The notes beneath the pieces are model-generated. The model was given only the letters and a program-made list of their open reading frames with translations. It was not told the DNA's origin and did no database searches. Shown one piece after another: positions 1 through 12,983 of a stretch of 60,000 nt of DNA. The translations under genes were made by a program, and so were the position numbers. Origin of the DNA: Camelus ferus (Eukaryota); contig NC_045697.1 of assembly GCF_009834535.1 (NCBI RefSeq), positions 76,510,001 to 76,570,000 of the forward strand, read 5' to 3'. Positions within the stretch are counted from its first letter, which is position 1. Every line of letters begins with the position of its first letter.

Positions 1-1050
1 CATAGAGCATCCTTATCTGCCACAGACAATTCAAATGATATTGGATCTGCTGAGTCATATGGTCCAAGTGACAGAGCAGTTTGCTTGGAAGGCTGGACCT
101 ATTGCATAGCCTTTGCTTGTACAGGGTCCTACTCAAAATCAGCAGGTTATTGGATTACTCACTAAATGGATTGGAATAACATGACCAAGTGAGGTATATG
201 TTGTCTCCAAAGTCCTAAGTGTCTCCCTAAGCATTGTGCATCTTTCTAAGTGGAAGGAGGAGTTAGATGCAGCAACTATCCTTTACCTTGGAAGGAATAG
301 CTCACATGTTACAAACTACTAGACCCCTAGAAAATTCACTGAGAAGCCCTTGATCTTTTACTGTGCTTATTTTCCATTCTTTGTCAAGTGTGTGTCTTAC
401 CAATGTATCTAGTGTTGTTGCTACTTAGATCACTAGGTCTAATCTTCATAATATTAATGCAGTGGTATAGTGTGATATCCCGTGAATGAAAAGGCAATAG
501 AGTTTCCCACAAATCAAATTATAACATAGGGTTGGAAATTTGATATAGTCCTGAGATAGGGCTGTGAAGTTGTACTGCTGACCCTACCATTTGAAAACAA
601 ACTTCTTCTGTTGGTCTTTACCAGTGTGTAGATCAAAAAACATCTGGCAGATCAATAGCTACCTAATGACTATTGGGGATGTGATGTGCTCCAGCAATGA
701 ACCCATGTGTGGAACAGCAGCTGCAGTTGGAAGCATTACATGACTAGGTTTACATTAATGCACTGCTATTCTCCAAGATCCATCTTTCTTTCACAAGGGC
801 CAAATTGGCTAACTGAATGCAATGTGGTAGGAATGGCCACCCTGCATCTTTCAAGTCCTTGAGGGTGGCATCAACCTGTGTAGTCACTTCTGATTTATCA
901 TTTTGGAGGGAAAGGCAGTTTTGTTGGCTCCATTTAGCCTTTCCCACCACTAGAGTCCTCACTCTGTGGGTCAGAAACCAAGGTGGGGAGTCTTCTCATA
1001 TCTGAGGATGTTTATTCCAATCATGCATTCCAGAGCTAATCCCAGTGTCC
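1..1050 (-). mobile_element. Degenerate ERVL-class internal sequence, reverse transcriptase region of pol
   Basis: Reverse-strand fragments VGKAKW..DATLKDLKDAG, GQQYNFTALSQDYIKFPTLCYNL and DPISFELSVADKDAL resemble ERVL pol; many stops and frameshifts. Confidence 0.85.
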
Positions 1051-2012
1051 TCACTACATCTGGAAGGAGAACTAAAATGAGAGCAGTGATGAAAGGGAAC
1101 TTGTTCCATGTGTTCTCTGTGGTTACAGTGGGCATGTACCTATGTTTTACTTGCAAATTTTAATTTTAAAAGTTTAAAATGACAATAATAACGACAAAAT
1201 CCACAACTTAATATTGCATCTGAAAGAGTTTGTATAGATCATGAGACATAATAGTACCTCACACAGTGCCTGGTATAGAACTACCCCTCAAAAAATACTG
1301 GTTGAGCTGGGGAAAATAACATAGTCCTGCTTATAGGAAACCGAGAGGAAAACAGCATAGTTCAAGAGACTGTCATCTAAACTGGAAAATGTCTTTGGAA
1401 ACAAGTCTAGGTTAAAACTGTATCTTATTATCTGACCAAAAAAAAAAAAAAAAAAAAAAAATTCCTCTCTACTACATACTTAAATGTAGATATAGCATTT
1501 ACGAAAATAGGGGAAGACACGGGTTATTTAAAATAGTATTTTGGTCACATCAAGGTATCTGCTTTAGGCATCTTGTGGAGATGATCTGACATTTGTGATA
1601 GATCTAAACTGGGTACATATTTTTAAATTTTATAATATATTAATTTACCAATTATAAGTGACGATTGTTATCATTACTATCACCACTATTTCTTCAGGAA
1701 GGAAAAGCTCAGCAACATAGGACTTTCTCAAGCTCTTGAAAAATCCGGTAACAAAAAAGGCAGAGCTTTCCAAACGTCCCCATTCATCCTCCCGCTCTGG
1801 GAACCTAGAGCATCCCACGTCCAATCAGCTTCCAAATCCCCACCGTCGCAAGTGGGAGGGGCTCAGAAGGATTCGGTTCCTCCTGCTTCTCTAGCTTGGC
1901 CACGTCTGAAGCCCTGTAGGTCCTTGAAGGTACATAAATCACCTGCTTATACATTGGCAATAACTGAGCTTCTCATTCAAATTAATATTTCGCAAGATTC
2001 AGTAGTACATAG

Positions 2013-2576
<564 letters not shown>

Positions 2577-4230
2577 TAATCTTTTAGCCAAGCGATCCGA
2601 GTCGAATAATGTCTTTTTCAAGCCCAGATTGTTGCTCTCTTTTATTTATTTATTTTTTGCATGCCATAAGTTGTTTGACGGAGGTCCTGGGAAAGTCTTT
2701 TCTGGCCCATTCTACTTCCACAGTTGGTCGAGAGAGTGTGGGACTCTCTTACCTTCTCTTTGTCTACGGACCCTGAATCCTTGAAAGAGAGTTGACAGTC
2801 CTTAGGTTTGAGCTAACAAACCTAAGGGTTTGGTGTTGCTTTTGCCCCAGTCAACAATAAGTATGAATGGGAACTTCTGAAACCACGGTTTGGATAAATA
2901 TTTGAGACTGAGGATAGATTTGCGGAAGGTTATCTTACTTCAAAGAGCGGAAGTCGAGAATTTAAAGAATAAGGAAAATAGCATTATTGTTGAACACTGC
3001 TGCACTATCATCTTATCCTGTCCCTTGCAGAAGGGGCGTCTCTTTGTATAGTGGTGAGCTGGCAATCAGGCTACAGTCTTTTCATAGCCACCACCCTTTC
3101 AGGCCGCGGTTCTGTGATTTACTCAGCTGTGTGCTACTGCACTTTTAGATTTTGGGAAGTGGGGTATTTAATTTGTCAATTATAAAAATAGATTAGGGAA
3201 AGGAAGAGCAGATGGTTTTACTTTTAAGGCAATAGTCATAGACATCTTCATTTTCATAGATGTTTTGTGAGAATAGTTGGCACTGAAGAGACAAGCGTCA
3301 GAAATTATGTGGGCTTAGTTCTAGGGTGTACCTTTGGATTTACCCTCCTCCCAAATCTAGAATAGTAACAGTTAACTTATTTAAATGAATTACATTTTAG
3401 ATATTTTTTTACGTTGGTAAGATATTATCCTAGCAGTGCATTAGCATTAACATCTGCTTGGCACATTAATAGGTGTTGTATTGAATAAACAAAATTTTAA
3501 GTGCATTTAAAAAAAATAAGTCTTCATCTGCTAGAAATCTTTTCTGTAACTCTACCTCTCTTGGAGCCAGGGCCTTTGCTAGAAGCTTCACAGTTTTCAT
3601 TCTGGCCACTTTCCCCCTGGATTATTGTAATGGGGAGATTCTTTGCCCCAATTTCCAGGGAAAGTAAAAGGAAATCTTTTAGTGGCCAAGCTGTCTCATT
3701 CAGGGAATTGGTTTGCCACTGGAAAGGAGTCTCTTGTAAAAACTGTGGGTGTACCTTTATAAATAAACAATATTTATTACTGAGAAATATTCAGCAAATA
3801 GTATACTGAGTCCTTACTAAGTTCCAGGCACTAGGTACTGGGGACAACAGTGAATGAAACAGGTAAGGGCCCTGCCCTTCTGAAGCTTATAATGTCATGG
3901 TTGAGACATGTTAAATATCACATACATTTTTTTCCATTGCGAACTTCCACAAATGCATTAAAGGAAAGGAACAAGAGGTTATGAGACAATAATGGGAGTT
4001 GGGAACATCATTTACATTGGAGTGCGGTTCTGAGGAAGTGACATGTTAGCCAAGATCAGAAAGACTGGGGGAAATGGTATGCTAGGCAGAGGGAAAAGTA
4101 TGGACCTATATAGGACTGAGAGACCAGTTAGGTGAGTTTTGTGGTTCATTTATACTAGACGACGTTGGTGGCAGCAGAGATGGAGGAAAATTTAATGAAA
4201 GATATTTTGGAAGTAGTTTCAGTAGATCTT

Positions 4231-4328
4231 TTTATTTGTTTGTTTTTTTAATGGAGGTACTGGGGATTGAACCCAGGATCTTGTGCATGCTGAGCATGCA
4301 GTCTACCACCGAGCTACACCCTCCCCCC
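4231..4328 (-). mobile_element. Camelid tRNA-derived SINE (Vic-1-like) with 13-bp TSD
   Basis: A/B boxes on - strand; TSD ttcagtagatctt at 4218-4230 and 4333-4345. Confidence 0.9.
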
Positions 4329-4679
4329 AAGATTCAGTAGATCTTGATGATGGATTGATTGGATGTAGGAGGAGAATGAAGTGTGAAGGAATCTTATTGG
4401 TGTCTGATTTAAGCACAAGTAGGTGGAAGTGTAATTTTCTGAGACTGAAGAAATGAAGTTTTTTTGGTGGGGAATGGTGAATCCAGATCTTTTTGGAATA
4501 TATCATAGTTGGACATAGCCAAATGTAAATAGTTGGATATATCAAGTTTGCAGATAGGAGTCTAGAACTGAGAAAAGAGGTTTATGTTAGTCAATAACAC
4601 ATGTTTTCTGAACTCCTCACACAAGCCAGATATTGAAGAACATAGACAAATTTTCTCTTCTTAGGTAGCTTACAGCTAA

Positions 4680-4800
4680 TTTTTAAAAATTAAGGTATAG
4701 TTGATTTACACCATTATATAAGTTTCAGGTCTACAACATAGTGAGTCACAATTTTTAAATGTCATACTCCATTTATAGTTATTATAAAATATATTATAAA
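4680..4800 (-). mobile_element. L1 3' terminal fragment
   Basis: aattaaggtatagttgatttaca..gtttcaggtctacaacatagtga is the reverse of a typical L1 3' end. Confidence 0.7.
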
Positions 4801-5959
4801 ATATAATTTTAATGGTGCTAACATTATTTGATAGGTGTTGGCACACTGAGAGTTATTAGAGTTGAAAGCCTGAAGGAATAAGTTCAACTGGGGAGAGAAT
4901 GTAGGAAAAGAGGACAGTGGATCAAGCCCTAAGGAATGCCGTACACTTAGTGCTTCCCTAGAAGAGAAGGCTCAGTTAGAGAGGTAGCAAGAAAACATGG
5001 ACAGGAGTGTCACAAAGGCCATGAGAAGCCATTTTTTTTCCTCCAAGAAAATGGCCTTAGTAAACTGGATCAAGTCCTGCTGGGAAGCTTCCTAAGATGA
5101 GAGCTGAAAAGTGTCCTTTGAATCTGACAATATGGAGGTCATTGGCCACTTCGGCAAGAGTAATATCAGTGGTGACAGAAGCCAGATTGGAGGGTGTTGA
5201 ATGAAGGGTGAGAATGTGGAGACAGCAAATTTATGTTTTTGTTTTTTTCCCCTGGAAGGAAACCTGCCTATTTTTCAGAAAGGAAGCATAGAAATGGGAT
5301 GTTAACCAGGAGGATCTAGAGTCAAGGGAATGTTGATGTAGGGAACAAGAGGTTGAAAATACAGGACTGAGGTATCCAAAGGAACAAAGTCTCTGAAGAG
5401 GCAAGAGGGGACCGAGTCCTGATTATTACAAAAAGGATCCCACATTGATAAGGGGAGGGACTCTTCCTGTGTTGTAGCTGGAGGGAAGGAGGTGAGGCTG
5501 GGTGCAGATACCACTTTGTAGGTTTGGCGAGGGGGGGGGGGGGATTAGGGAATCCCTATGTGATTGTTAGTCAGGGCCAAAGGAGACAGTCTTGCTATGC
5601 TTAGTGAAAGCTAGAAGTGAGGATGGTGGAAACTAGTGGAAAAGATAAAGAATAGATGTTGACAGTGGAAGACTGGGAAAACTGTTAATGTTGATGGACA
5701 TGAATATTAATAATCATGATGATTACGACACAATGATGGATATCAACATTAATGATCATGAATCTCTAGTATTGCCAGTCTGCCTAATGGTGTGATTTTA
5801 AAATGTCTCATTTTACTTTTAAGCAAGATTTCTCTAGTTACCTCTCAATTTATTGAAACAAATCCAAGCATATGTGGAATATTTTCTTGAACTAAAATGA
5901 ACTTAATGTTAAATCTCCTTTATTGTGGAGTCATTCTTGAGTTTAGAAACAGTTACTCT

Positions 5960-6047
5960 GGGGGAGGGAAATAGCTCGGTGGTAGAGCATGTCCTTAGCA
6001 TGCATGAGGTCGTGGGTTCAATTCCCAGTACCTCCATTAAAAAAAAA
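5960..6047 (+). mobile_element. Camelid tRNA-derived SINE with 13-bp TSD
   Basis: ggggagggaaatagctcggtggtagagc..gggttcaattcccagtacctcc plus poly(A); TSD agaaacagttact at 5945-5957 and 6048-6060. Confidence 0.92.
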
Positions 6048-6136
6048 AGAAACAGTTACTGAATAAATTTCTTTTATGAAATACCTCTTTTAGAGATAGT
6101 ATTGTTTAAAAGTCATTCTCAAATACTTAGTTGAAT

Positions 6137-6178
6137 ATCATATTGTATATCAACTTTACGTCAATAAAATAATAAATA
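6137..6178 (+). mobile_element. Extremely 5'-truncated L1 tail (42 bp) with 16-bp TSD
   Basis: attgtatatcaactttacgtcaataaaa plus A-rich tail; TSD aaatact(t/g)agttgaat at 6121-6136 and 6179-6194. Confidence 0.75.
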
Positions 6179-6333
6179 AAATACTGAGTTGAATTTCTGA
6201 GTGGTTTATCTGAATAAATGGTTTATCAGGGATAAGCTGGGCCTCATTTGATGACAATAATACATCATAGCAGTCCTATTTAAATATAAATGAACCTTTA
6301 GAGACAGATGAAAACTGTAATTCTGTGTTATAA

Positions 6334-6468
<135 letters not shown>

Positions 6469-6746
6469 TAAAAGATACCATTCTGAATGATTTGGTGCTG
6501 GGAAAGAAGATTGCCGGGGGATGCCTACCTATTTAAAAATACAGTGAGACCGCTTGGGTCCATCTGTATTTAGACAATAGCTAAATTTAAAATGCTAAAT
6601 TCAGAGATTGCAGGAAGTGGACAAGAACAAGAGTAGAAGTATATTATTCATTTACTCATTCATTAGGGAATAAAATATTTCACAGTGATTGGCATGACCA
6701 CGTATATAAGGGAGGGTATCAGTTTAAAATACATTTATAGATTATT

Positions 6747-6939
6747 CTGGGGCTCATCAAACCACTGGTACCTGTTTATTTGTAAGTCAGCCTTTATTGG
6801 AATTAGGCACGTACATTTGTTTCTATATTGTTTATGGCTGTTTACAAGCTACAGTGGTTAAGTGTGACACAAACCATATGGCCTGCAAGCCTGAGATATA
6901 TACAGTCTGATTATTTAAGAAAAAATTTGTAGACCCCTG
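6747..6939. mobile_element. MER58-like non-autonomous hAT DNA transposon
   Basis: Internal catatggcctgcaagcctgagatatatacagtctg and terminal aaaatttgtagacccctg resemble MER58A. Confidence 0.65.
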
Positions 6940-7917
6940 AATAAACTGTTAAATGAGAAAACTGATGTTTGAACCTTGTGTGTTCTATGTCAGCAATGAA
7001 CACCATTGCAGTGTGGTTTGTTTCATCTGAGAAATGCTTGTTGTATTGCCTTCTAAAAACTTCTTGGTAATTGTCTCCCTAAATGTAGCTGTATATTTGT
7101 ATTTACACTTACATTAATGGTATTCCTTGCGTAGAATATTCCTGGAAGGATTACTGTGATTCTCTGTGGAGGGGATCTCGATGCCAGGAGATCTTGTTGG
7201 TAGGGAGACCTTTGACAGTGTCATCATTTGTTTGGATTCTGGAACTGCTATATGTGTTGGATTTTCAGTTAATACAATTAGTTCTTCTTTACATATGCTG
7301 ATGTGTAAATCACATCTTTAATAGAGTGATTTGCTTTTTGGGGTCCATGAGCTCCAAGAATTTTGAAAGCTTTTCATCCCTAGAAAAATCAGATACATAT
7401 ATATGCAAAAATTTGCATATAGTTATAAGGCTTTATAGATTGCTGGAAATCTTTGTGGGGTTCATAAAGCCTCAGTTAAGAACACTTGCTTGTAAAAAAC
7501 TTCCCTTTGAAACAAGAGGCTTATTTATTATCATAAAATTCAGGAAACATTTCTAACCAATTCAAAATTAATTTGAAATTGATAGTAGAAATTTAAATAG
7601 GAGAACTTTTAAAACCTAAAGTTCTGGTTAAAGGGTCATACAATAGTTGGCTTTTAATAAGTTTTAATTTTACAGAGACAGTTGCATTAGTTGAAGTTTT
7701 AAAATTAAAAACTTTTTTTGAACATAAGCTCCATGAAAACAAAGATTTTTGTCTCCTGATCATTGTTGTACCCTCTGAACCTAGAACAGTGCTTGATACG
7801 TAATAGACTCTGCATAGATGCTTGCTGAAATGATATCCAGAAATAGAAAATAGTTGTAAAGGTAAGAATAAAAAATAAGCACAAACATTTTTAGCAGGAA
7901 TAGGAATTTCAATCTAG

Positions 7918-8181
<264 letters not shown>

Positions 8182-8544
8182 TAAGTTGTTAAGTACTTTG
8201 TGTAATCAGCAACTTAACCTGAAAACTGGTAAAAATAATTACCTGGATCATATAAAATCATAGGAGACTTAATTTACCCCTCATTTAAACAGATGAGGAG
8301 TTTGTGACTTGCTCAGGGTTATAGGTAGAAGTAAAATTGAGACCAATAGGTCTTCCTGACTGTTATTTCCATACATGTTCATGAGAAAATTCAGTCATTT
8401 TATTGTAGCATCAGTGACCACTGGCTGGAGATGTTTCTCCAAAGTGCTTTTTGGTTAATCTGTGACATAAGGAATTCCCATATTAATAGTATTAGCGGGG
8501 AATATTTTCAAGCTATTAGTTGCTGCTGCTGTTTTTTTTTTTAA

Positions 8545-8660
8545 ATGTTTCAATTTTTTAATTTTTTTACTTTTTAGTGAAGTACAGTCAATTACAGTGT
8601 GTCAGTTTCTGGTGTACAGCACAATGTCCCAGTCATGCATGTACATAGATATATTTATGC
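8545..8660 (-). mobile_element. Lineage-specific L1 3' end fragment
   Basis: Poly(T) then gaagtacagtcaattacagtgtgtcagtttctggtgtacagcacaatgtcccagtcatgcat. Confidence 0.75.
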
Positions 8661-9967
8661 TCTTTGAATATTGATGTGAGGAAAACCCATTAAGCCTTGG
8701 ACAAGATGGAGAGTTACTGACTCTTCAAAAACTGAGGAAAGGATTTCATATATATAATGATTATTTTGATTCAGAAAACTTGCACCATCTTTAGAACAAA
8801 AGTAAATCGATTATATGGCAACTTTTATCATTCTATTTAAGATCATTCATTTGAAATATGGACAGATCTGATCATATTTCCCTATACTCTGATTTCACCT
8901 ATGGATACATTAGTAACTACAGGAACTTTGGGCAAACATAAAAAGGTTAACTCTTAGAAAGTTTATTTTTTAGGGAATATGTTAAATATCAAGTGGGAAC
9001 TATACTTTATTTATTAAAACTGATACTTTCTGATTTTATTGTAAGAGATAAGAGGGAATACAAGAATTTGTTTGAATTTCACAAGTTGACTTGTTCTGTG
9101 GCTTAAGCTGTCTGTGTCCATAACACATCTGGGATAGAGGGAACAGGCTTCCCCTGGAAAGTCAGGAGTATTTATCCTGCACTCGTGTTCCCGTCTTAGC
9201 CCTCCAGGATGGGAAAAGAGAGCAGTGTTCCTTGTCAGCTGATGATCTGTGTGGCCATGTGGCTCTTTCAGACTCTTCTGCCAATAGCTCTTATTTTTGT
9301 CCCTGGAAAAGCTTTGGCCATTTGCTAAATTGTTTGAAGACTGATTTATTCCAGCCTCCTCTTTTTGTTCCTCTTTGTTCTGCCCTTGTTGGAAAAGGTA
9401 GACTGATAGGAAGAGACTGAAGTTTTTCATAGTGAAACAAGAAAAGATATCCTCCCAGAGAGCATAAAGAGGCTATTAAAAGTTAACAACCAAAACAGAA
9501 GGAACCTTTGGAGGCATATAGCAGAGCAGAAGAAGTGGGCAGATTTGCTCACAGAACCAGATTTGTTCCCATTCTACTTAAGCTTCCTATTCTTCCTTAA
9601 GGGTTTAAGTCTTAGGATGTGTGTTTTTCTTTTAGCGCAAGCATTTGGCTTTCAGGATAACAGCTATCTGCTGCTCACAAAAAAGCTCTGAGAAGTGTTT
9701 AAATCTCTGGATTGCTTTCATCTTACTTTTGCAATTATTTACGTAAACATTTATCTTGTCCCCATCCTATAGGCCAGTGTCTGAGATTGTTAACTAAGAT
9801 AACAATAAGAAAAAGAGTATACTCTCTGGGTTTTAGGTGTAGATTATGTGTAGATGTAATCAAAGCAGAACAGTAGTCTAAACAGAGAATTGCTGCTTTC
9901 TGTAACTTGTTGTGCAGCTAAATCTTAAGATTTAACTTTCTAAGAAGAAGGGATTTATGGTCCCCCC

Positions 9968-10113
9968 CTTTTTTTTTTTTTGGAGGGGGGCTAGCGGGAG
10001 GTAATTAGGTTTATTTATTTTTTCAGTGAAGGTACTGGGGATCGAACTCAGGCCTCATGCGTCCTAAGTGTGCACTCTGTATGCATTCTATCGCTGAGCT
10101 ATACCCTCCCCCA
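9968..10113 (-). mobile_element. Camelid SINE, long form with aacctaattacctccc tail
   Basis: ggaggtaattaggtttatttattt..ggtactggggatcgaactcagg..gagctataccctccccc; partial TSD tatggtccc at 9956-9964 and 10115-10123. Confidence 0.88.
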
Positions 10114-12413
10114 CTATGGTCCCTTCTTTGGTATGATTTCTCATCTATAGCTCCTAATGCCTGGTATCTTGGGTATGGAGTGGGGAGAAGCAATGGATAG
10201 TTTTGGAAAATAAAGGGAAGCAATAGTGTTGTATTTTCTGGAATATTTGCAGGCCTCAAAAGAGCCTAGTGTGTGGGCCTCCATATTGCACATGATAGGG
10301 GTGTGGTTAGTACCACCAGCAAGGAGGGGAAGTGTCTTTCTTTTTGTGCACACATTCTCTTTGATGTCCCAATGTATATAAGCAGTTTAATATATACGTG
10401 GAACAGCAACGACAACAAGAAGACAGTAACCAGTAACCATGAGTTTTTTCCCATCAAATAAGCGGCTAGCATCCGAGATAAAGGATGGCCATGCTAATCG
10501 ATGCATCATGGTAACCTCCAGGGATGTATTCTCACAAAGAATCTGATACCATCTTTAGCAAGAGGTGCCTTTAAAAAGGAGAAAGCAGTAGCAATGGAGT
10601 GGTACTACTAGCTGTATGTTTTCTGTTGTATGCTTTTTTAAAGACCTGACATCTTCCCTGAAGATACAATTGTACAAATTAAAACATGGCTTTGTTTGAT
10701 GCATAAGTAGAGGTCATACACTAATTACAAGGAAGAATACCACAAACATGTAGCTGTATCAAGAGACTGATGTCCAAAAAAAAAAAAAAAGAGAAAGAGA
10801 CAGATGTCCAAAAGTCAGTGTTCACATATCAGCAAAAGCCGATGACAACTGTCCCTAAAGAGTCCTCAGGACTTTTGTTTCACTGTGGAAGCCAGCTGTT
10901 GAGTAATTTCCTACTGGTGCAGGTATTAGTAGACACTGACTTAAAATCTTCTCGACCCTTTTTTCTTCTTGTTAAACCTTTTTTTTTTTTTTTTTGTCTT
11001 GTGAAGCTTAAGTCTTAAAGTATGCTTTTTGTGAAGTAACAGGCATTATAGTAGCATATTTATGTGGAGGTCTTCAAAGCCATTAGGTACCCTAAGAGCC
11101 TTTTTATTGTTTATTCAATTTTGAGGGGGTGAGTAGAGGTGAGAAGTACTGGATTATATCAGAGTCATCATGAAGGCGGTTGTGTGAGATGAAAGTTCTC
11201 TCTGTACTCAGAGTGTGGGTTGGCCAGGCTGATAAAGCAGAAGGAAAGGGGCTGATGAGTTCTAGGGAGATCACGTTGACTGCAGGTGGATCCGAGCCCT
11301 CCAGGGAGTCGGGGGAGTCCAGGAGCTGGAAAGGAGGAAAATCACATTGTGTCTGCTGATACGTCAGGCACTATAGTAGATCTCAACCCTCTGGAGCAGT
11401 TTGTAATCCCCACCTTAGAGATGAAGAAACTTGAGACTCTGAACTAATAATAGCTAACATTTGTCCAGTGCTTCTTACCATGAATGGCAGTTACTGTGTT
11501 AGTAGACTCTCTTATATAATCCTTCAAACCCTTTGATGTAACTCCGTTTTACAGATGAGGAAACTGAGTGAAGTCTGCCTAGGCTTACCCACAAGTTTTA
11601 GAAGCAGGGTCAAAAGCAGAGAAGTTCTAAAGGCATCAGCGGAGACAGGGTGTATTGAATCCTTTCTTAATGTGAATAGCTTTACACAATTTTTCTGTTT
11701 TTTTTCCTTGATCCTGCAGATCTTTAATTAATAATAGGTTGCAAGGATTTATTGCAAAAGAAAGGATTTGGAACTTTATAAAAGCAAACTTAATGCTTTA
11801 ATTTGAAGAGGATTTCAGGGCCTAAGTTGTACATTTCGAACAAGGATCTCCTGTGTGATTAGTGTGAAGTTTGACTTTCTCAACAGCTACAGTTAACACC
11901 CCTGCCTGCTGTCAGGATATTTCCTACAGAAACAGAGGTGCAGGGCAGATGCTTCTGCACACTGTTTCTGGAGGGGTCAAGGGCTCACCTCCCAGGCATG
12001 AACAGCTTCTGATCCCCCTACCTTCTTTTTTGGTAATATTAGGGTTTGTAGGAAATCCACACCAACTTCTTCCCATAAAAATGTTTATGCAGTTGTGAGA
12101 GTCCAAAGGAAATTGATTCCAACTCTTAACTTTAACTTTCACATAACAGACATTTCCTTTACTTTTTCCCCTGCATCCTGTGTTTAGCATATTGGTTTGT
12201 AGCTTTGTCCTTTGAGGGGAAAGGGTAATGGACCCAAGGCCTAGCAATGTATATATTTATTGAGGAGGGTGGTGGGGATATGAAATACGAACCATGATGA
12301 GGTATCACAACTATATTTTCAGATTGTCATTTGATTCATCATAAAATTTGTTTGGGACAAGTTTGAAATGTTGCTTCCTTTTCGTTTTTTGTGTTTATAA
12401 TTGTTTTTTACAG

Positions 12414-12432
12414 GGGCTATCTGATGGGTTAG
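12414..12432 (+). CDS. OSTC: OSTC coding exon 4, (P)GYLMG-stop
   Basis: Acceptor ttgttttttacag|G GGC TAT CTG ATG GGT TAG; total CDS 139+94+198+19=450 nt = 149 aa plus stop. Confidence 0.97.
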
Positions 12433-12746
12433 AGTGCCTTTTGAGAAGAGAACCATGGATATTGAATTTGCTCCTGTTAATGATGTTTTAAAGGCTGTAC
12501 CAATCCTCTGATACGAAATATGGAAAAGGATGAAAAGCAGCAGAAAAGAAACATCTAGTGAAAACATAGGAAGCATGGTAAAGCTTGGACTAGAAGGTCT
12601 TCTTAGTATCAAAGAGACAAGCTTATCAGTATTTCTTCCTGCTGGCCTGTACTGACATACCAACGATGTTACGCGGCATTTTCTTCTTCGTTTTTTTTTT
12701 TTTCCCCTTAAAGAAAATATACTTCATTTCTACAGCAACAATATTG

Positions 12747-12752
12747 AATAAA
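12747..12752 (+). terminator. OSTC: OSTC proximal polyadenylation signal AATAAA
   Basis: AATAAA ~315 nt after stop, with T-rich sequence downstream. Confidence 0.65.
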
Positions 12753-12977
12753 GTGATTATTTTTACAACCCCCTTAACATTTTTTGGAGATGACATTTCT
12801 GACCTTCAGAAATTAATGTAAAATCAAGAAGCGAGAGCCCATAAGCTGAGAACTCTGGACAGCTGATCAGCTTTCCCTGTGGTGCTTTGCCTTTAAACAG
12901 AGCGTGTGGATAGCACGTCATTTCAGATATGTATGTAAGACTGTTTCCTGAACAATAAGCTGTATGAAAGGAGCAGA

Positions 12978-12983
12978 AATAAA
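12978..12983 (+). terminator. OSTC: OSTC distal polyadenylation signal AATAAA
   Basis: AATAAA followed ~30 nt later by a T/GT-rich element (tttgtttttt). Confidence 0.7.

Larger units (their letters stand above)
3770..5770 (-). mobile_element. Fragmented ancient L2 LINE, interrupted by a SINE and an L1 tail
   Basis: L2-type end (ttcagcaaatagtatactgagtcc..ccaggcactagg) and purine-rich L2-like body. Confidence 0.6.

Noticed and set aside
4231..4328. tRNA genes suggested by A/B boxes (here and at the other SINE copies)
   Set aside because: They have tails and TSDs and lack an acceptor stem; they are SINEs.
9014..9430. 138-aa antisense ORF, and a C/D-box-like ctgatga..ctga in OSTC intron 3
   Set aside because: No recognisable protein; the C box is imperfect and there is no terminal stem, so a snoRNA is not supported.
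10116..10760. Possible processed pseudogene ahead of the A-run
   Set aside because: No recognisable translation; the A-run is explained by its own local 15-bp duplication.
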